From contig CAZFLM010000014.1 of NCBI GenBank assembly GCA_964519955.1, positions 40,673 through 104,672 of the forward strand: 64,000 nucleotides of DNA, given 5' to 3'. The position numbers and the translations under genes were made by a program. This DNA comes from an uncultured Chthonomonadaceae bacterium (GTDB lineage: Bacteria; Armatimonadota; Chthonomonadetes; Chthonomonadales; CAJBBX01). The notes below the pieces were generated by a model that worked only from the letters and a program-made list of their open reading frames with translations, was not told the DNA's origin and did no database searches. Below, piece by piece: positions 7,753-15,986 of this stretch (positions are counted from its first letter, which is position 1; each line of letters begins with the position of its first letter).

Positions 7753-8016
7753 CTAGGTCCAGTCCCGCGTGCTCGCACGTTCCCGCAGCTGGCGCGCGAA
7801 CCGCGGGCTGTCGGGCCGATCCGCGAACACCCCGAGTAGGCCCTCGCGCTCCCAGGTGGCGACGGCTTCGGCCGGACTGCCGGGCGGCAGCGGCGGCTCA
7901 GCCTCGCGCTCGTTGCTCAGCATCCTCAGGAACGCCGCATCGTCGAGGCCGCGCCGCGCGGCCTTGCTGCGCAACCGCGACTGCTCTTCGGCGGTCAGTT
8001 CAAGGACGAGCTTCAT
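7753..8016 (-). CDS. vapB: Type II antitoxin (RHH/VapB-like)
   Basis: I chose the start ATG at 8016 (MKLVLELTAEEQSRLRSKAARRGLDDAAFLRML), with GGGAG upstream. The track ORF starts 14 codons earlier. It is paired with the PIN gene. Confidence 0.55.
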   Translation of the reverse strand: MKLVLELTAEEQSRLRSKAARRGLDDAAFLRMLSNEREAEPPLPPGSPAEAVATWEREGLLGVFADRPDSPRFARQLRERASTRDWT

Positions 8017-8098
8017 ACCAGGCTCCCAGCCCCCGTTGCCCAGAGGGGACACCCACACTATACATCACCCGCCGCCGGATGGCAGCGCCAGCGACCCC

Positions 8099-9406
8099 CT
8101 ACCCCTTGATCCCCGTCAGCGTCACGCCCTGGATGAAGTAGCGCTGGGTCATGAAGAAGATGACGAGCACGGGGAGCATCATCATCGTGCTGGCGGCCAT
8201 CAGGAGGCCCGGCTCGCCGCCGTGCGCGGTCTGGAAGAGCTGCAGCGCGTAGGCCATGGGCATCCTATCCGGCGAGCTGAGGTAGATGAGGGGGCCCATG
8301 AAGTTGTTCCAGGAGCCCATGAACGTCATGATCGTGAGCGCTGCCAGCGCCGGCTTGATGAGCGGCAGCATGATGCGCCAGTAGATGCACATGTAGGAGC
8401 AGCCGTCGATCTTGGCCGCGTCCTCCAGGTCGTTGGGGATCGTCAGGAAGAACTGGCGCAGCAGGAACACGTTGAACGCGCTGCCGAAGAACGCGGGCAC
8501 CCACAGCGGCTTGAGCGTGTCGATCCAGCCGATGGCGCGGAAGATGAGGAAGACCGGCATCATCGTCACCGCGCCGGGCAGCATCATCGTGGCGAGGAGC
8601 ACCACGAACAGCGCGTCGCGCCCCGGCCAGCGGAGCCGCGCGAACCCGAAGGCCACCATCGAGCTGGAGAGGATCGTGCCGATGATGGTCAGGAGGCAGA
8701 TGATGAGCGTGTTGCTGACGTAGACCAGGCCGCTCTTCGTCTCGGGCGGCAGGAACGCCAGCGCGTCGGGGTAGTTCTTCCAGACCGGGCCGACGCGCTT
8801 GATCTTCTTCATCGCCGAGCGCGGCACCTCGAACTCGCGGCCGGCCAGGTCGCGCGGCTCGGTGACGCGCAGAATGTTGGTGCCGGTCTCCTTCTCCTGC
8901 ATCACCGCCACGGTGACCGGGCGCCCTTCGAAGGTGGCCGTCGCCAGCCCGACCTCCTTGCCGGCGATCATCACCTTCGCCTGCTGGCGCGGCACCCAGA
9001 CCGGCGGGAACTGGCTCATGTCCTCGTCTTCCTTCAGCGAGGTCACGACCAGCCAGGCGAACGGGACGAGGAAGATGGCGGAGCCGGTAAGCAGCGCGAG
9101 GTGCAGCGTGACCTGCCGGCCGGACTCGCGCGCGCCCTTGCGGGTCCGCCAGTCGGCGGTCGGCCGGATGCGCACGAGGTAGACGAGCCCCGCGACGACG
9201 AGGACGCCAACCGCCCAGGCAAGCGTCGCCGTCATCCGGCCGAGGTTGACCGCCGACGAGCCCACGCAGACACCGGCAACCAGCGCCAGGAGCAGCGCCA
9301 GGTCACCCCAGCGCCGCGCGCGCCAGCAGAGAGCCGCCACCACCGCGGCACAGCCAACCGCCGCGTAGAGCGCCAACACGGTCCCAAGGGCCAACCACAC
9401 GCTCAT
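8099..9406 (-). CDS. Carbohydrate ABC transporter permease (MalG/CUT1 type) with extra N-terminal TM helices and a large periplasmic loop
   Basis: 435 aa. Shows FLVPFAWLVVTSLKEDEDM... and the EAA-loop region DLEDAAKIDGCSYMCIYWRIMLPLIKPAL. Confidence 0.8.
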   Translation of the reverse strand: MSVWLALGTVLALYAAVGCAAVVAALCWRARRWGDLALLLALVAGVCVGSSAVNLGRMTATLAWAVGVLVVAGLVYLVRIRPTADWRTRKGARESGRQVTLHLALLTGSAIFLVPFAWLVVTSLKEDEDMSQFPPVWVPRQQAKVMIAGKEVGLATATFEGRPVTVAVMQEKETGTNILRVTEPRDLAGREFEVPRSAMKKIKRVGPVWKNYPDALAFLPPETKSGLVYVSNTLIICLLTIIGTILSSSMVAFGFARLRWPGRDALFVVLLATMMLPGAVTMMPVFLIFRAIGWIDTLKPLWVPAFFGSAFNVFLLRQFFLTIPNDLEDAAKIDGCSYMCIYWRIMLPLIKPALAALTIMTFMGSWNNFMGPLIYLSSPDRMPMAYALQLFQTAHGGEPGLLMAASTMMMLPVLVIFFMTQRYFIQGVTLTGIKG

Positions 9407-9443
9407 CCGCGCACCGCCTCAACCGCCCCAATGCAGGAAACAA

Positions 9444-10457
9444 TCACCGCGCGCCAACCTCGCTATCGGATTCCTCGTCCACGCCGTACTGCTGGGCCAC
9501 GAGCGCGCTCACGCGAGCCTGCGCCTCGTTGCGCCGCCCCTCCATCCGCACCACCGCCTCGACCCGGGCATGCCGCGACAACTGCTGCACGACCGCCACG
9601 TCGCCCTCCGTGGCCTCCAGCGCGGTCACGATCGCCGTGTTGCGCAGGCGGTGCGGGCTGAGCGTCTGCGGGAGGCCGGCCGCCGCCACGTAGTCGTTCA
9701 CGACCTTGTACAGCCCGTCGCCGGTGATGCCCTTGCCCTTGCCCGCCGGGTGGCACGCCTGGAACAGCACCGCGTCCTCGTCCTCGGCGTGCGGCGCGTC
9801 GCGCAGGTAGTCGGTGATGGCGGCGGCCGCGTGCGGCGTCAGCGACACCGCCTCCAGATTGCCGTCGCGCCCGCGGTTGCGCACCGCCAGCGTGCCGTCC
9901 GCCACGCAGAAGTCCCCCACCCGCAACGCACGGACCTCGGCGCTGCGCAGGGCGTTCTCCAGCAGCAGCAGCAGCAGCGCGTAGTCCCGCCTCCCCTTCA
10001 GCGTCGCGCGGTCCGGCTGGCGCAGCAGTTGCCGCACGTCGCCGGCCGGCAGGCGCTCGGGCGAGCGATAGGACACCGTCTTCACGCCCGGAACCGACCG
10101 CGTCACCCGCGCCTCGGTGATGCCCAGGCCGCGCGCGTGGTCGACCAGCGCCTTCACCGCGGCCAGGCGCCGGTTGATCGTGGCATCCGACATGCCGCGC
10201 GCCGCCAACTCGCTCTTGTACACCGCCAGCGAGAACTCGATGCGCTCCGGCGGGAGCTGAAGGTACTCGCGCGCCAGCTCCGGCGTGGGGTCGACACCGT
10301 AGCGCGACCGGAAGAAGTCGTTGAGGTCGCCCCGGTAGGCGCGGCGGGTATGTACGTTGGGCCGCGAGTCCAGCAGCGACTCGATCACGTCGCCGATGGC
10401 GCCCGCGGACGGGACCTCGGTCTCGGGGGCAGCCGATGACTTGCGAGGATCGCTCAT
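9444..10457 (-). CDS. Tyrosine-recombinase (phage integrase family)-like protein, apparently lacking the nucleophilic Tyr
   Basis: This is the C-terminal 337 codons of the 807-aa track ORF. The start ATG 10457 overlaps the upstream stop (ATGA). It has a SAM-like N-domain (TRRAYRGDLNDFF), box I (ENALRSAEVRALRVGDF) and box II (SPHRLRNTAIV...LSRHARVEAVVRMEG). Nine residues after the last His, where Tyr is expected, there is a Met. Confidence 0.7.
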   Translation of the reverse strand: MSDPRKSSAAPETEVPSAGAIGDVIESLLDSRPNVHTRRAYRGDLNDFFRSRYGVDPTPELAREYLQLPPERIEFSLAVYKSELAARGMSDATINRRLAAVKALVDHARGLGITEARVTRSVPGVKTVSYRSPERLPAGDVRQLLRQPDRATLKGRRDYALLLLLLENALRSAEVRALRVGDFCVADGTLAVRNRGRDGNLEAVSLTPHAAAAITDYLRDAPHAEDEDAVLFQACHPAGKGKGITGDGLYKVVNDYVAAAGLPQTLSPHRLRNTAIVTALEATEGDVAVVQQLSRHARVEAVVRMEGRRNEAQARVSALVAQQYGVDEESDSEVGAR

Positions 10458-12931
10458 TTCTTCTCCGCCTCGTAGTGGACCCATCGCGGGGCGAGCTTGA
10501 GTTGCACAAGCGTGAGCGCCAGGATGATGACGAACAGCACCCAGGCCAGCGCCGACGCGTAGCCCATCTTGAAGTACTTGAAGGCGTTGTTGAAGAGGTA
10601 CATCACCGGCACGAGCAGGCTGTCGACCGGACCGACGGACGACCCGCCGCCGCCCTGCCCGCTGAGCACGTAGACTCGGTCGAACTCCTGCAGCGCGCCG
10701 ATGGTGCCCATGATTAGGTTGAAGAAGATGTACGGCGAGAGCATCGGGATGGTCACGTGGCGGAACTTCACCCACCAGCCGGCTCCGTCGATGTCCGCCG
10801 CCTCGTAGAGGTGCTGCGGGATGCCCTGCAGGCCCGCCAGCCAGAGGATCATGCCGCCGCCCGCGCCCCACAGCCCCTGGATGATGAGGCCCGGCTTGGC
10901 CCACTCGGCCGCGCCGAACCAGCCCGGCGGGTCGACCCCGAACCAGGCGCTCAGCGTCATCTTCCAGGCCGCGTTCAGCAGGCCGCGGTTGGGGTCGCCA
11001 TTGAGCACCCAGGCCCACAGCACGGCGCTCGCGATAACGGGCACGATGGACGGGATGTAGAAGCAGGTGCGGTAGACGCTCATCCCGCCGACCTTGGCGT
11101 TCAGCAGCATCGCGATGGCCAGGCCGGTGACGATACCCAGCGGGATGCCGATGCCGGCCAGGTACGCGACGTTGCCGAGGCTCTTGGTCAGGTAGTAGCT
11201 GTCCGGCCCAAGCAGTTCCGTGTAGTTGTGGATGCCCACGTAGCGCGGCGCGTGCAGCACGTCGTAGTCGCAGAAGCTGAGGAAGATCGACGTGACGATG
11301 GGGCCCACGGTCAGTGCGACGAAGCCGAAGAGCCAGGGGCTGACGAACATGTAGCCCGCCCACGCCTCGGCCCGGGTCACGCGGCCCATGCGGCGGATGT
11401 GCAAGAACCGCCAGAACCCCAGACCCAGGATCGCCAGACCGCAGAGCACCGCGATGCCGATGGGGATGCGCTGATCCAGGAGCGGGAAGGTCTCGCGGGC
11501 GAACGCCTTCTCGAGTTCGCTCTGGACGACGCGCGTGCCCTCGGTCATGGCCACCTTCGCCGTCTTGCCGGTGTCCTTGTGGTGCGTGGCCTGGTCGAAC
11601 GCGCGCACGTGCTCGTCCCACAGGCGTTGGCCGACGAACGTGACGGGGCGGAACTTCGCGCTCTCCATCATGTCCATGAACTGCCGCAGCGGCTTGCGGT
11701 ACTTCTCTGCGCGCGGCGCGAACTCGGCGAAGACCACGTCGTTCACGCGGCGGTTGGCGGAGATGCTGGGCACGTACAGGCGGCCCTTGGACTCGTAGTA
11801 GGCCTTCTGGGCGCGGCTCTCGATGCGAGCGGCCTCGGGGCTGCCCATCCACTTGATGAACGCCCACGCCTCCTTCGGGTGCGTCGCGCCGCGCGGGATG
11901 GCGTACGAGAAGCCGCCCGCCCAGGTAATGAACGGCGCCTGGCCGTGGAACCGCCCGGGCTTGCCGCCGGTCGTCTGCTCCAGGCGCTCCGTGGGCACGG
12001 GCGCCGGCGCCACCGCGAAGTCCAGCTCCGGGCCGTAGCGTGCGATGCCCTCCAGGACCCAGTTGCCATCGACCTTCATGGCGACCTTGCCGGTCAGGAA
12101 GGGGTCCAGCTCGGCCGACTGGAAGCCGGAGGCGAAGGCGTCGACCTTGGTCACGCCGCCCAGCAGGTCGTAGACGCTGACCATGAAGTCCAGCGCGGCC
12201 ACGCTCTGCGGGTTATCCATCGTGCACTTGCGGCCGTCCGGCGACATGAACTCGCCGTCGTTCTGCCAGCTATAGATATAGAGCCACGAGTTCCCGAAGT
12301 TGGGGATGAAGCCGATGCGCTTGAAGTCGCCGCCCTCGTTCACGGTGAGCTTCTTCGTGACGTCCTTCAGCTCGTCCCAGGTCTGAGGCGGCTTGTCCGG
12401 ATCGAGGCCGACTTCGCGGAACAGCTTGCGGTTGTAGAACAGCATGCGGCAGTCGGTCGAGCTGGGGATGGCGTAGACGCGGCCCTTGTAGTTCGCTTCG
12501 GCCCAGCATGCCGTGTAGTAGTCCTCGGGGCGGATGGCGTCCGGCGAGCCCTTGTCGGCGGCGATCATCGGGTCCAGCGGCATGAAGGTGTCGCGCGAGG
12601 CCCAGTCGCCGATGGTGAAGCGGTCCTGCCAGATGACGTCCGGCGGCACCTTGCCCACGATGGCGGTCATGAGCTTCTGTGGGTTCATGCCGCCCGCGCC
12701 CATCGAGAGCACGTTCACCTTCACGTGCGGGTTGCGTTTCTCGAACTCCCGCACCTTCGCCTCGAGCCCCTTGCTCTCCTGGCCGTACTGGAGGCCCCAA
12801 ACGACAAGCCTGACGTCGCCCTCGGCGAGCCGGCTTTCGCCGCAGCCGAACACGAGGGGCAGGATAAGGACAAGCGCGAGTGCCATGAACAGGCGCCGCG
12901 CGAGCGGGAGGTGCGGTCGATAGGGAGTCAT
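10454..12931 (-). CDS. Fused extracellular solute-binding lipoprotein + MalF-type ABC permease (CUT1 sugar family)
   Basis: 825 aa in one frame. It has a lipoprotein signal (LPLVFGCGES), about 460 aa of SBP-like sequence, and then TM helices with the permease core (EAADIDGAGWWVKFRHVTIPMLSP). Confidence 0.8.
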   Translation of the reverse strand: MTPYRPHLPLARRLFMALALVLILPLVFGCGESRLAEGDVRLVVWGLQYGQESKGLEAKVREFEKRNPHVKVNVLSMGAGGMNPQKLMTAIVGKVPPDVIWQDRFTIGDWASRDTFMPLDPMIAADKGSPDAIRPEDYYTACWAEANYKGRVYAIPSSTDCRMLFYNRKLFREVGLDPDKPPQTWDELKDVTKKLTVNEGGDFKRIGFIPNFGNSWLYIYSWQNDGEFMSPDGRKCTMDNPQSVAALDFMVSVYDLLGGVTKVDAFASGFQSAELDPFLTGKVAMKVDGNWVLEGIARYGPELDFAVAPAPVPTERLEQTTGGKPGRFHGQAPFITWAGGFSYAIPRGATHPKEAWAFIKWMGSPEAARIESRAQKAYYESKGRLYVPSISANRRVNDVVFAEFAPRAEKYRKPLRQFMDMMESAKFRPVTFVGQRLWDEHVRAFDQATHHKDTGKTAKVAMTEGTRVVQSELEKAFARETFPLLDQRIPIGIAVLCGLAILGLGFWRFLHIRRMGRVTRAEAWAGYMFVSPWLFGFVALTVGPIVTSIFLSFCDYDVLHAPRYVGIHNYTELLGPDSYYLTKSLGNVAYLAGIGIPLGIVTGLAIAMLLNAKVGGMSVYRTCFYIPSIVPVIASAVLWAWVLNGDPNRGLLNAAWKMTLSAWFGVDPPGWFGAAEWAKPGLIIQGLWGAGGGMILWLAGLQGIPQHLYEAADIDGAGWWVKFRHVTIPMLSPYIFFNLIMGTIGALQEFDRVYVLSGQGGGGSSVGPVDSLLVPVMYLFNNAFKYFKMGYASALAWVLFVIILALTLVQLKLAPRWVHYEAEKK

Positions 12932-13113
12932 GGGTGATTCGAGTTCCGTCGCCGAGTCTGGGTCTCGGTCTTGGGGATGGCCCGGCCGTGTGTTATTCTA
13001 GCGAACTTGCGAGGTCCTGTCAATGCGCGGCGCTCACGCAGGCGTCGTTCCAGCTCGATACGGGTTCAGGACAGCCCTCAGAGCAGGGCATCCCTGGCGA
13101 GCATCGCGTCACT

Positions 13114-13129
13114 TGGCACGCAATGTGCA
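13114..13129 (+). promoter_or_regulatory. Sigma-54 (-24/-12) promoter for the PEP-CTERM protein gene
   Basis: TGGCACGCAATGTGCA matches TGGCACG-N4-TTGCA with one mismatch and correct spacing. It lies about 90 nt upstream of the ATG at 13219. Confidence 0.55.
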
Positions 13130-13218
13130 ATAGTGTCCCTGAGACCCGGCGATGCCGCCCGGTCTGCCGTACAAGACGCCCATCGACGCCATATCGCTTC
13201 CCGCCAACGGAGAACCGT

Positions 13219-13884
13219 ATGAAGTACGCGCGAATCGCTGCTGCAGCCTCGGCGCTCTGCTGCCTGCTGGCCCTCGGGGCGCCCCGGGCCAACGCCGCCG
13301 ACGCCATTCCGTACCCGTATGCCGGCAACTACAACGACGCCGTCTACACCTTCACGGCCACGAGTTCCGGCGATATCGTCGCCTACCTCGTCGGCGGGCA
13401 CGATGCCGGGTACTCGAATGAGCTCGGCCTGCTGATCAACGGGGTGCTCTCGCCGGCCGGATATGGCCTCGAGAACCACTCCGACTACGGCACGTCGTTC
13501 AACCTCGGTTACGCCAACGCCGGCGATGTCCTCGTGTTCGTGCTCCACAATCTGGACCCGCTCGGCATGAACGCCTACTCGGACCCGAGCATGAACGTGG
13601 GGTACGACCTCCCGGGCATCGACACCCACAACCACGTCTACTCGACCGAGTACACCGCCACCGATCCGGTGTTCGTCTACGGCAGCGTCGTGGTTCCGGC
13701 CGGAACGTATGTCGGGTTCGAGGACCTGCAGTTCCCGGACTCGAACTACAACTACGACGACGAGAGCTTCGTCTTCACCAACGTCCGGGTTGGCACCGGC
13801 GTCCCCGAGCCCGGCGTGCTGGCGCTGTTCGTCGCGGCGGGCGTTCCGCTGTCGGCATTCGCCATCCGCCGCCGCGCCCGGTAG
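13219..13884 (+). CDS. Secreted PEP-CTERM sorting-domain protein
   Basis: I chose the start ATG at 13219 (MKYARIAAAASALCCLLALGAPRANA signal peptide, GGAGAA RBS). The C-terminus VPEPGVLALFVAAGVPLSAFAIRRRAR has the PEP-CTERM layout: motif, TM helix, basic tail. Confidence 0.8.
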   Translation: MKYARIAAAASALCCLLALGAPRANAADAIPYPYAGNYNDAVYTFTATSSGDIVAYLVGGHDAGYSNELGLLINGVLSPAGYGLENHSDYGTSFNLGYANAGDVLVFVLHNLDPLGMNAYSDPSMNVGYDLPGIDTHNHVYSTEYTATDPVFVYGSVVVPAGTYVGFEDLQFPDSNYNYDDESFVFTNVRVGTGVPEPGVLALFVAAGVPLSAFAIRRRAR

Positions 13885-13911
13885 ATCCGCCCTTCGATCC
13901 GCACGACGTGT

Positions 13912-13947
13912 AACAGGCACGCGAGGCTCCGAGCCCGCGTGCCTGTT
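13912..13947. terminator. Bidirectional hairpin terminator between convergent genes
   Basis: A perfect 12-bp stem, AACAGGCACGCG / CGCGTGCCTGTT, with a 12-nt loop. Confidence 0.6.
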
Positions 13948-13982
13948 CGCATGTCGAAGTTGCCGCCAGCGCCCGCCGCCCC

Positions 13983-14846
13983 CTACTCCTCGTCGGCCTT
14001 CCCCAGCGAGGCGGGAGGCGTGGGCTTCAGCGCGAGCGCGGCGAGGATCGTGAAGACGTAGGGCATCATCCGCAGGAACTCGCCGGGGAGGCGCACGTTG
14101 CCCTGGAGCTGGAGCTGGAGCGCGTCGAAGAAGCCGAAGACCAGCGCCGCCGCCGCCGCGCCCAGTGGCGTCCACCGCCCGCAGATGACCGCCGCCAGCG
14201 CGATGAACCCGCGCCCGCTCACCATGTCGTCGCCGAAGCGCCCGACCTGCGAGAGCGACAGATACACCCCGCCGAGCCCGCCGAACGCTCCCGACAGCAG
14301 GAGGCCCGCCACGCGCAGCCGCATCGGCCGGAGCCCGGCCATCCGGGCGCTCTCCGGGTCCTCGCCCACCGCGCGCAGCCGCAGGCCGAACCGCGTGCGG
14401 TACAGCACGAAGTGGACCACGACCGGCGCCAGGAACGCCAGCAGGATGAACCAGCCGACCGGGATGACCGCCTCGACCCTGGCGTCGCGCGGCGGCTCGG
14501 CCTGGTTGAACACGCGCCGGAGCAGGAACGTGGTGGCCTGCAGCGCGAGGATGTTGATCGCCACGCCGCTGACGATGTGGTTCATCCGCAGACGCTGCGT
14601 GAGAACGTAGTGCAGCAGCCCGAGCAGCGCCCCGCAGCCCACTCCGGCCGCCGCGCCGATGAGCAGCCCGTACCCCTGCCCGACCCACATGCCCACGAAC
14701 GCGCCGACGAGCATGATGCCCTCGAGGGCGATGTTGACGACGCCGACGCGCTCCGAGAAGATGCCGCCGAGGGACGCGAAGATGAGCGGCACCGTCTGGC
14801 GCAGCGACGGGACGAGAAGCGGGATGGAGGCGAGCATCTCGATCAT
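13983..14846 (-). CDS. ABC transporter permease (BMP/nucleoside-simple sugar family, YufQ/NupQ-like)
   Basis: The start ATG 14846 (MIEMLASIPLLVPSLRQT...) overlaps the upstream stop (ATGA). The N-terminal 377 aa of the 664-aa track ORF are frame-shadow sequence. Confidence 0.8.
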   Translation of the reverse strand: MIEMLASIPLLVPSLRQTVPLIFASLGGIFSERVGVVNIALEGIMLVGAFVGMWVGQGYGLLIGAAAGVGCGALLGLLHYVLTQRLRMNHIVSGVAINILALQATTFLLRRVFNQAEPPRDARVEAVIPVGWFILLAFLAPVVVHFVLYRTRFGLRLRAVGEDPESARMAGLRPMRLRVAGLLLSGAFGGLGGVYLSLSQVGRFGDDMVSGRGFIALAAVICGRWTPLGAAAAALVFGFFDALQLQLQGNVRLPGEFLRMMPYVFTILAALALKPTPPASLGKADEE

Positions 14847-15916
14847 GACGCCCTCCTCCGCAGGTAGCGCGCGCCGACGGCCAGGATGACAACCGCCTGC
14901 ACGATGCCGGCGATCTGGCGCGGCGTGTCGGTGTACGCCTCCATCGTGATCGCGCCGCTGCTCAGGCCGCCGAACACGAGCGACGCCGCCGTCACGCCCA
15001 GCGGGCCGAGGTTGCCGAGAAGCGCCACGGCGATGCTGTCGAAGCCGTAGCCGGGCGAGAAAGCGTCGAAGAAGCGGTGGTGGTTGCCCAGCACCTCGAC
15101 GCTGCCCGCGAGCCCAGCCAGCGCGCCGGAGATGAGCATGGCCGAGACCAGCGTCCGCGCCACGGGCACCCCCGCCGTGCGGGCCGCGTCCGCGCCCAGG
15201 CCCACCGCGCGTATCTCGTAGCCCAGGGCCATGCGGCGGACCAGCACCGACACGCAGATGGCCGCGATAAGGGCCAGCCCGAAGCCCGCCGAGAACGCGG
15301 GCACGTGGGGGATCGACCAGAGCTGCGCGGTGGCGGCGACGAGCGGCGTGCGCGGGGCGTTGTTTGGGTTGGTGGCGGCTGGCTCCATCAGCGGGTTGGT
15401 GACGAGGTAGTGGCAGAGGTGGATCGCGATGTAGTTCATCATGATCGTGACGATCACTTCGTGCGTCCCGCGCCACGCCTTCAGCAGCCCCGGCAGCAAT
15501 GCCCAGAGCGCCCCACCCGCCATTCCCGCCAGCAGCGCGAGCGGCAGGTGCACGAACATGGGCAGCCCCTTCAGCGAGTAGCCGACCCACGCCGACGCGA
15601 GCCCGCCGACGAGGAGCTGCCCCTCCACCCCAATGTTGAACAGGCCCGCGCGAAGGGCCACGGCCACCGCCAGCCCGCTGAACAATAGCGGCGTCGCCTT
15701 GCCGAGCGTACGGTACATCTCGTTCGTCAGGTGCAGCTCGTGCTTCTCGACGAGCGTGGCCATCAGTTTCGGGAGGTCGCCGAACGCGCCGCGGGCCAGC
15801 GCCGCGAACGACTCGAGCGGGTTCCCGCCGGTCGCCAATATGACGAGCGCGGCGACGCCCAGCGCCAGGACCAGCGCGCCGAGGGACCTGCCGACCGCAA
15901 GGAGGCGTTCGCGCAT
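14843..15916 (-). CDS. ABC transporter permease (BMP family, YufP/NupP-like)
   Basis: 357-aa multi-TM protein. MRERLLAVGRSLGALVLALGVAALVILATGGNPLESF... is typical of this family. Confidence 0.8.
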   Translation of the reverse strand: MRERLLAVGRSLGALVLALGVAALVILATGGNPLESFAALARGAFGDLPKLMATLVEKHELHLTNEMYRTLGKATPLLFSGLAVAVALRAGLFNIGVEGQLLVGGLASAWVGYSLKGLPMFVHLPLALLAGMAGGALWALLPGLLKAWRGTHEVIVTIMMNYIAIHLCHYLVTNPLMEPAATNPNNAPRTPLVAATAQLWSIPHVPAFSAGFGLALIAAICVSVLVRRMALGYEIRAVGLGADAARTAGVPVARTLVSAMLISGALAGLAGSVEVLGNHHRFFDAFSPGYGFDSIAVALLGNLGPLGVTAASLVFGGLSSGAITMEAYTDTPRQIAGIVQAVVILAVGARYLRRRAS

Positions 15917-15986
15917 GGCTAGCCCAACCTGCCCAGGAGTTGTACCGGACGGGCACGGAGGCCCATCCCACCACCACGCTCGTGCA

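Noticed and set aside
9444-11867. 807-aa ORF taken as a single protein.
   Set aside because: Only the C-terminal 337 codons (from ATG 10457) look like a real protein, the integrase family member. The upstream part is out-of-frame shadow over the real SBP-permease gene at 10454-12931.
7769-12937. Long plus-strand ORFs at 7769-9661 and 10757-12937.
   Set aside because: They are antisense to clear ABC permease and SBP genes, and the translations are dominated by R/A/G/D/H runs.
13078-15977. ORFs at 13078-14892 (604 aa) and the N-terminal 377 aa of 13983-15977.
   Set aside because: They show shadow-ORF composition. The real genes here are the PEP-CTERM gene (plus strand) and two BMP-family permeases that start at internal ATGs with ATGA coupling.
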